IMG/VR virus record: IMGVR_UViG_3300027762_000011
Location: 1 to 60,420 of that record
DNA: 60,420 nt
Reading direction: 5' to 3' (one strand)
From: a virus
Taxonomy: Duplodnaviria; Caudoviricetes
The notes under the pieces: generated by a model
What the model saw: only the letters and a program-made list of their open reading frames with translations
Databases searched by the model: none
What the model was told of the DNA's origin: nothing
Translations under genes and position numbers: made by a program
Shown: one piece after another, positions 54,871 through 60,420 of the stretch
Numbering within the stretch: position 1 is the stretch's first letter
Layout: every line of letters starts with the position of its first letter

Positions 54871-57800
54871 TTACTCCAAATTAAGATTCATTTTCTTTAG
54901 GTTTTCTTCAAGACGGGGTTTATGTTCCTCAAGAATTTCATAGTTATTTTTAATATCTAGTAGTAAAGTTTTTGCTTCTTCAACTTTACCCCACCACCAA
55001 GCACCAACAGCTTTCTCAAATAGTAAACCATATTTACCAGGATATTCAACATCAGTTCTAAGTGGTTTTGAATTAAAATCACAATATCTAAGTCCTCTAT
55101 CGGCATGGATATAACAATCTTGCCACCATTGGCGTTTTTCTGCAAATCTACTCAACAGGAAATAAGCTTCTGGTCTAGATGGAAGTAAACATAAAGCCTG
55201 CTCAAGTAAAGATTTTGAACTACCATCACGAGTTCCTTGCTTTGTATAACAATATGATGCTCTTATTAATGCTTCATATGCAAGATTATCATCTATTGCT
55301 CTTTCTGCACATCTTAAGAAATAAGAAACCGCTGGAGCAGTGTGACTTTCTTTTTCATACCAAACTCCAAGATTAAAATTATGATCTGGATTTTCAGTAT
55401 CTAGAGAATACTTATTAAGAAGATCTGTTAATTCATCATTCTTAGTTTTTTTTATATCTAAGATATTTGGAATTAAATACTGCTCAACATTCGGAAGACT
55501 GAAAATTATTGGCGGAAGTTCTGTAATTGGATAAGGTTTCAATACAATATTTACATTTCCAGATGGAGAAGTTAATTCATCCTTAAAATTATACTTTTCC
55601 ATATATTCCCACAGTTCTTCTTGAGAATAATCTTTACCTAAAAATGTTTTCAAATTTTCATCATAATGACAAAAAGATTTAAATTTATTAATTCTATTTT
55701 GATTGTTCCCCATCCAACTAAAATGCCATCCCAAATCTTGACATACTTCCCCATTATGAGTTACATATCTAATTTCATACCCCCTTCTCATGTACTCTGC
55801 TCTAATTTCAGTCGGAGTATTAATCATCAGGTGCTTTTTAAAGCACATAAACATAGATTTACTCCAAGAAGAAGGAGATCCATCTAAATTATACGCTCTA
55901 TAATCTGCCCTTCCTTCAAGGTGTACAAGAGGAACTTTAAAAATATAATCTTTATTATTTTTTGCAGATCCATGTATAAATGGTATATTATTAGGACTAA
56001 CAATTTCATCACAATCACTAATTATAAAAAATGTATCATCATCAAATTCAGAAATAATATTACACAGATAATCTCTTTGAATCCTTTCTCTACTTGCTAT
56101 TTTTTGATTTGGATTAAAATGAAGATCATAGTCTGAAGGATTTCCTGGATTGGAAAGATCCGCTTCAATAACTCTAATCTTATTTTTTGGAAGTCCAAGT
56201 TCATCAATAACTTTATTACAACTATACTCTTTTGGAATACCACTATGCGTATAATTTGCATCAATAATTACAAACAAATCAACATGATCTCTTAAAAGTT
56301 TTACTCTCAATTCGAGTAATTCTTTTTCGTTAAAATACGGAAAACAATCAACAATCTTTGGTTTATTAGGCATAATAGTTTCATCCATGTTCACGGGTTT
56401 AATTTCAGTAAAAAACTTGGGAGTTTCTTTGTCTTTATTTTTCCACCATTCAATAACTTTTTCATGCGATATGTAATGGTTTTTCTTTTGCCCATCATTT
56501 ACATCAGCATCTTTACCAACAAAGGTAGATTGAAACTTAACTTCTTCAGCAAATAATGGAATAGTGTAGCATTTACCAAGACTTGCAAAAAGAATATTTT
56601 CAATCAGAGGCATTGTTGTTTGATTGGGAATTTCAAGACAATACCCATCATCACGAATATAAGTATCGATTAATTTTTTAGCATATTCTCTCATGACAAC
56701 ATAAGCAGATGCCCCCCAATCATCCCAATACCTTTCACGAAGTTCAAATGTATCGTACTCTCCACGAATAGTAAACAACTGAAGACAATCGACATCTTTA
56801 GGTATATTAGATATAAATTCTTTCCAAGTAAAGTTCCAATGCTCCACCGTTTCCAAACTTAAATCATCTTCACAGAAAAATCCATAATCTTCTTCGGTTG
56901 TTTCATACCATTCTTTTATTGCTTTTAAGTGAGATACTACACATCCCTTTGTTCCTTCGTTTAAACTATCAACATATTTTCCGTATACATGATCATTAGA
57001 CTCAGAAAATCTTTTTGAAATAACTGCCGTAGGAACAATTCCATAAAAAGAAAATTCAGACTCTAAATTATCTCTTCGGTCTAAACTTTCTTCTAAAGAA
57101 ACATAATATACGGATGGAAACTCACTCAATTTATCACTCATATTTTTTTCCGCAAAATAATTTTGGTCATCTATTTTTTCAATATTCCATTTTGTTTTTG
57201 GTGGAACATAGTAATTAATTATCTCAGCACACATATTTTTATTATTTTTAATATGTGTTTGAGAAATCCAATACTCAGTTTGCCACTTTTCTTCACCATC
57301 AGGAGTTAAATCTAATCTTTCTTTTATTCCTGATTCAACATACCCTTTAAAATTTTCGAATCTTTTTTTATCTGGATGTGGTATATGAATTACATTATAA
57401 TCATAATTTAACTTCTTATGCTCTAGTCCATATAGTTCTAGTCTAGTACAAATTTCATCATCCTCAAAAGCATAATATTTTGTTAAATTTTCATTGTACC
57501 CACCTATTGAAAGTAAATTCTCTTTGGATACTAGGAGTAACCCAGTAAGATACTTAAAGAATTGGCAATAAGAATTAAAATAAGTGCTCCATTCATCAAG
57601 GGTTAAACATGTCAAATCAACCATGGAGTTCCCAGTTTCTTTATCAATAAATTCTGGACTCTTAAAATTATGTTTTCCAGAAACAAAACTATTTTCATCA
57701 ACTGGATATTTGTTAAAGAAGTTTTCATACGGATTGAGTATGTAATCCGTATCAACTTTTAAAATATAATCTCCCTGTGCCAAACTAATCGCCAAGTTTA

Positions 57801-58008
57801 GTGGTTGAGGTTGATTAAAATATTTTTGGTCGGAGACAGTAATTACTTTTATTCTTGGATCTAATTTAGTTAAATGGTTGATTGGTTCATCAGAACTCCA
57901 ATCAACTATAATAATTTCTTTTATACAATCAAAAAGAAGCCAAGAACTAAGAGAAACTTTTAATGCATTTAAACGATTTTTACAAGCACAAACTAAAGAT
58001 ATGTTCAT
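54871..58008 (-). CDS. Multidomain glycosyltransferase: GT2/GT7C + GT25 + GT17 + TPR
   Basis: IVDWSS/KVDTD/GGYNE..YAFEDD; SLEES.DRR/GCVVSHLKAI/CEDD; DCFPYFNE.ELLELR/SDCDEI/GWHFSW; TPR-like C-terminus. Confidence 0.8.
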   Translation of the reverse strand: MNISLVCACKNRLNALKVSLSSWLLFDCIKEIIIVDWSSDEPINHLTKLDPRIKVITVSDQKYFNQPQPLNLAISLAQGDYILKVDTDYILNPYENFFNKYPVDENSFVSGKHNFKSPEFIDKETGNSMVDLTCLTLDEWSTYFNSYCQFFKYLTGLLLVSKENLLSIGGYNENLTKYYAFEDDEICTRLELYGLEHKKLNYDYNVIHIPHPDKKRFENFKGYVESGIKERLDLTPDGEEKWQTEYWISQTHIKNNKNMCAEIINYYVPPKTKWNIEKIDDQNYFAEKNMSDKLSEFPSVYYVSLEESLDRRDNLESEFSFYGIVPTAVISKRFSESNDHVYGKYVDSLNEGTKGCVVSHLKAIKEWYETTEEDYGFFCEDDLSLETVEHWNFTWKEFISNIPKDVDCLQLFTIRGEYDTFELRERYWDDWGASAYVVMREYAKKLIDTYIRDDGYCLEIPNQTTMPLIENILFASLGKCYTIPLFAEEVKFQSTFVGKDADVNDGQKKNHYISHEKVIEWWKNKDKETPKFFTEIKPVNMDETIMPNKPKIVDCFPYFNEKELLELRVKLLRDHVDLFVIIDANYTHSGIPKEYSCNKVIDELGLPKNKIRVIEADLSNPGNPSDYDLHFNPNQKIASRERIQRDYLCNIISEFDDDTFFIISDCDEIVSPNNIPFIHGSAKNNKDYIFKVPLVHLEGRADYRAYNLDGSPSSWSKSMFMCFKKHLMINTPTEIRAEYMRRGYEIRYVTHNGEVCQDLGWHFSWMGNNQNRINKFKSFCHYDENLKTFLGKDYSQEELWEYMEKYNFKDELTSPSGNVNIVLKPYPITELPPIIFSLPNVEQYLIPNILDIKKTKNDELTDLLNKYSLDTENPDHNFNLGVWYEKESHTAPAVSYFLRCAERAIDDNLAYEALIRASYCYTKQGTRDGSSKSLLEQALCLLPSRPEAYFLLSRFAEKRQWWQDCYIHADRGLRYCDFNSKPLRTDVEYPGKYGLLFEKAVGAWWWGKVEEAKTLLLDIKNNYEILEEHKPRLEENLKKMNLNLE

Positions 58009-58039
58009 ACGTTCAAAAAATAAATTTATCTATCATACG

Positions 58040-58840
58040 TTATATAGTTATCCAATCTGGGCAGTATAAATCTTTAGTATCCCAATTTTCTAAGTCTCCA
58101 GAAAACCATTTTTTTGGTGCTACGATTTTTTTACTGTCTGACAACCACGCACCCCACCAACTATAAGAACTGTTAGCAATAATATGATAATTGCACATAC
58201 TCATCAAACATAAATCAATTAAAGTATTATTAGATTTAGAAATTTTAAACCTATCATTCTTAAAGAAAAATTGTTTCTCACACCATTCAGGATCATCAGA
58301 AAAAACTAATACTGGAATGTCTTCAGAAAAAATTTCTAGAGCAGATTGATAATAATTTAAATCAAGTAAATGAAAGTTTGAATCAGTTACATAATCAGTT
58401 CTTCGTATATGTAAAGAAATTATTTCAGAATTACTAAACATTCCTTTAATATAAGTTTCACACATTTTTTTTGTAAAATTTCCAAAAGAAAAATCATTTT
58501 TTATATCGTCTTTGATATGCTTAAAATATTTTTCAGTTTGAAAATATCCAAATAAATCAATATCATTCGGACAATTATAAAACAAATCTTCCTCAAAAGC
58601 AAAAGAAGATTCGTTTCTTGTTTTATAATCCGTCATCCCAACTTTATTGTTTATAATATTAGGAAAATTATATAAGTTTACATCAGATGCCTGAACTCTT
58701 TCATCATTAGATCCAAATACTCCAGAAAGAGGAATACAAAATTCATGATTATTTTGAATTGCAATTCCCTTTAGTGCAGCATATTGGAACATTTGATTTC
58801 CCAATCTACCCCTATTTCCAAGTTTGTTAAATGATATCAT
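58040..58840 (-). CDS. GT11 alpha-1,2-fucosyltransferase-like protein
   Basis: GRLGNQMFQYA, GYFQTEKYF, SLHIRRTDY, FSDDPEWC, IIANSSYSWWGAWL. Confidence 0.92.
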   Translation of the reverse strand: MISFNKLGNRGRLGNQMFQYAALKGIAIQNNHEFCIPLSGVFGSNDERVQASDVNLYNFPNIINNKVGMTDYKTRNESSFAFEEDLFYNCPNDIDLFGYFQTEKYFKHIKDDIKNDFSFGNFTKKMCETYIKGMFSNSEIISLHIRRTDYVTDSNFHLLDLNYYQSALEIFSEDIPVLVFSDDPEWCEKQFFFKNDRFKISKSNNTLIDLCLMSMCNYHIIANSSYSWWGAWLSDSKKIVAPKKWFSGDLENWDTKDLYCPDWITI

Positions 58841-59832
58841 TCTTCAAAGATATATTGTTTTACAAATTTTTGAGAAACTCTAAGAAGATATGCAGCATTA
58901 TCTTGAAAACCAAAGGTCATTAAATAATCATCTCCATATTCACACATACCAACAGCAAATTCAATATTTGCATTTAAGAAAGAAAACTGACGTGAAACTT
59001 TAACTATATTCCAATCATTATCCCAAACAACAAACCTATGCCTATAAACACCATCCTTCCTTCCTGCATCACTTCTTGTTAGATAAGTTTCATGATTAAG
59101 ACAGAATCTATGATTTTCATTATAAGGAATAATTTGAGAACCTCCACGAAGATCAATACATCCAAGATCTTTCCATTGAGTTAAAACAACTTGATCTGTG
59201 GTATTTTCTTCTAAATTATAACGAACTACTTCAGTACCATTAGTCCATTTGACAAAATGGAATGGCATATCAATAATTGGCATCCAATTTTTTTCACAAT
59301 AAGATCCTTCATCACCTTTATGTCCAGGTGTAGGAATTCGATATTGGTTTATTTCTTTTACTGCACCATCTTCAGAAATTTCAATCTCAGAAAGTTCCAT
59401 TCTTCCTGTTCCAATTTTATCTAAATCTCTACGTACACCACAAACATAAAGTTTTCCATTCCATCTAACAATTCTACAATCCTCAAGACCTACAAATTCC
59501 CAAAGCTCTTTATCTGGAAATTTAGAAGTATCAATTCTTTCATACCACTTCAATTGCATATTATCATCTATTTCACCCATAACATTATTTGTTCTCAACC
59601 TAACATCATTTTCTGGATGAATATAAACTAATGGTCCCCAATGATGTTCGAATTTTCTTTTTTCTGAATGATATAAGGTATAGTTAATATTTCTAAGATT
59701 AACTAAAATTCTTCCATTATCATTATAAATTGAAGGATTGGTAATTGCAGGTCCTTTTAAATATTGTGAAGGAAACAATAAAGGGTGGATACTACCACCA
59801 TTTTCCAATGCAAGCTTTACAAAATTACTCAT
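58837..59832 (-). CDS. Five-bladed beta-propeller glycoside hydrolase-like protein (GH130-like)
   Basis: NPSI, GLEDCRI, EKNWMP, LRGGS, IEFAVG, FGFQD. Confidence 0.6.
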   Translation of the reverse strand: MSNFVKLALENGGSIHPLLFPSQYLKGPAITNPSIYNDNGRILVNLRNINYTLYHSEKRKFEHHWGPLVYIHPENDVRLRTNNVMGEIDDNMQLKWYERIDTSKFPDKELWEFVGLEDCRIVRWNGKLYVCGVRRDLDKIGTGRMELSEIEISEDGAVKEINQYRIPTPGHKGDEGSYCEKNWMPIIDMPFHFVKWTNGTEVVRYNLEENTTDQVVLTQWKDLGCIDLRGGSQIIPYNENHRFCLNHETYLTRSDAGRKDGVYRHRFVVWDNDWNIVKVSRQFSFLNANIEFAVGMCEYGDDYLMTFGFQDNAAYLLRVSQKFVKQYIFEE

Positions 59833-59874
59833 AAATTTTAATTTTTATAATGAGATAGATTAAAAAATTTTTAA

Positions 59875-60102
59875 TCAGATTTCTTGGGATTTTTCTAGTT
59901 CTTCCAGTTCTTCTGGTTGTTCTAGAAGTTGTATAGTTTCCAGACCACCAATAAGTTTAACACGATATTCAGTAAGACGATTGAGTTCTGATTGAAGTTT
60001 TTCAATCTGCTCATTTGCGGTTTTTAGTTGTTCTTCAAAACTTTCTTTGATTTTTTGTGGATTTGACATAGTTAAACTCCAATTGTTTGATGTTGTCATC
60101 AT
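59875..60102 (-). CDS. Small coiled-coil hypothetical protein (start may be 60069)
   Basis: ORF track; CTAAATA at 60107-60113. Confidence 0.65.
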   Translation of the reverse strand: MMTTSNNWSLTMSNPQKIKESFEEQLKTANEQIEKLQSELNRLTEYRVKLIGGLETIQLLEQPEELEELEKSQEI

Positions 60103-60156
60103 AGAATATTTAGATCAATTTGGCAAGAGAAAAAAATATTAATTTTGTTAATATCT

Positions 60157-60420
60157 TTATGTAAACATAGCTCCAGGAGGAATAAAATTATTTGTATACT
60201 TTGCAGCTCCTTGATATATTCTAAAATCTTGTAATCTAGTTCCATTCCACACACTACTAGATCCAACTAATATACTGAGTGGTACAAAAACTGTTGAATA
60301 AGTTGCACTTATAGATCCACCAAAAGCTAGACTACTAGTACCATTAACATATATTCGTAAAGTTGAACCAGATCTTACTACAGCTAAATGAAACCATGTA
60401 TTTAATGGTAATATATTTGA
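60157..60420 (-). CDS. C-terminal fragment of a LamG/ConA-like domain protein (5' end outside window)
   Basis: Hand translation: LNTWFHLAVVRSGSTLRIYVNG...LQDFRIYQGAAKYTNNFIPP. Confidence 0.8.
   Translation of the reverse strand, partial: SNILPLNTWFHLAVVRSGSTLRIYVNGTSSLAFGGSISATYSTVFVPLSILVGSSSVWNGTRLQDFRIYQGAAKYTNNFIPPGAMFT

Overview
A 60-kb segment of an AT-rich T4-like cyanophage (cyanomyovirus, probably freshwater), almost all on the minus strand. Left to right: short early-type hypothetical genes with sigma70 promoters; an HNH endonuclease; three 2OG-Fe(II) oxygenase genes; an SF2 helicase, a ParB-like gene and a split adenine methyltransferase; large tail-fibre/virion genes, two with long Gly-X-Gln repeats; two tRNAs and an orphan Phd-like antitoxin; the baseplate/tail block (gp5, gp27-like, gp51, gp26, tube-family, gp4, gp2, gp48, gp53); a Mom-like gene; gp32, gp59, gp33, exonuclease, phoH, thyX, glutaredoxin; and a glycosyltransferase cluster. 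Best leads: (1) four nested phycobiliprotein-like helical domains with conserved Cys in the 2686-aa virion fibre; (2) an NtcA box plus compound glutamine riboswitch in front of three coupled micro-ORFs led by a DUF4278 peptide; (3) a candidate -1 frameshift fusing gp26 to gp51; (4) a multi-family glycosylation cluster that might modify the Thr-rich fibres. All product calls come from motif recognition by eye; no database searches were run.
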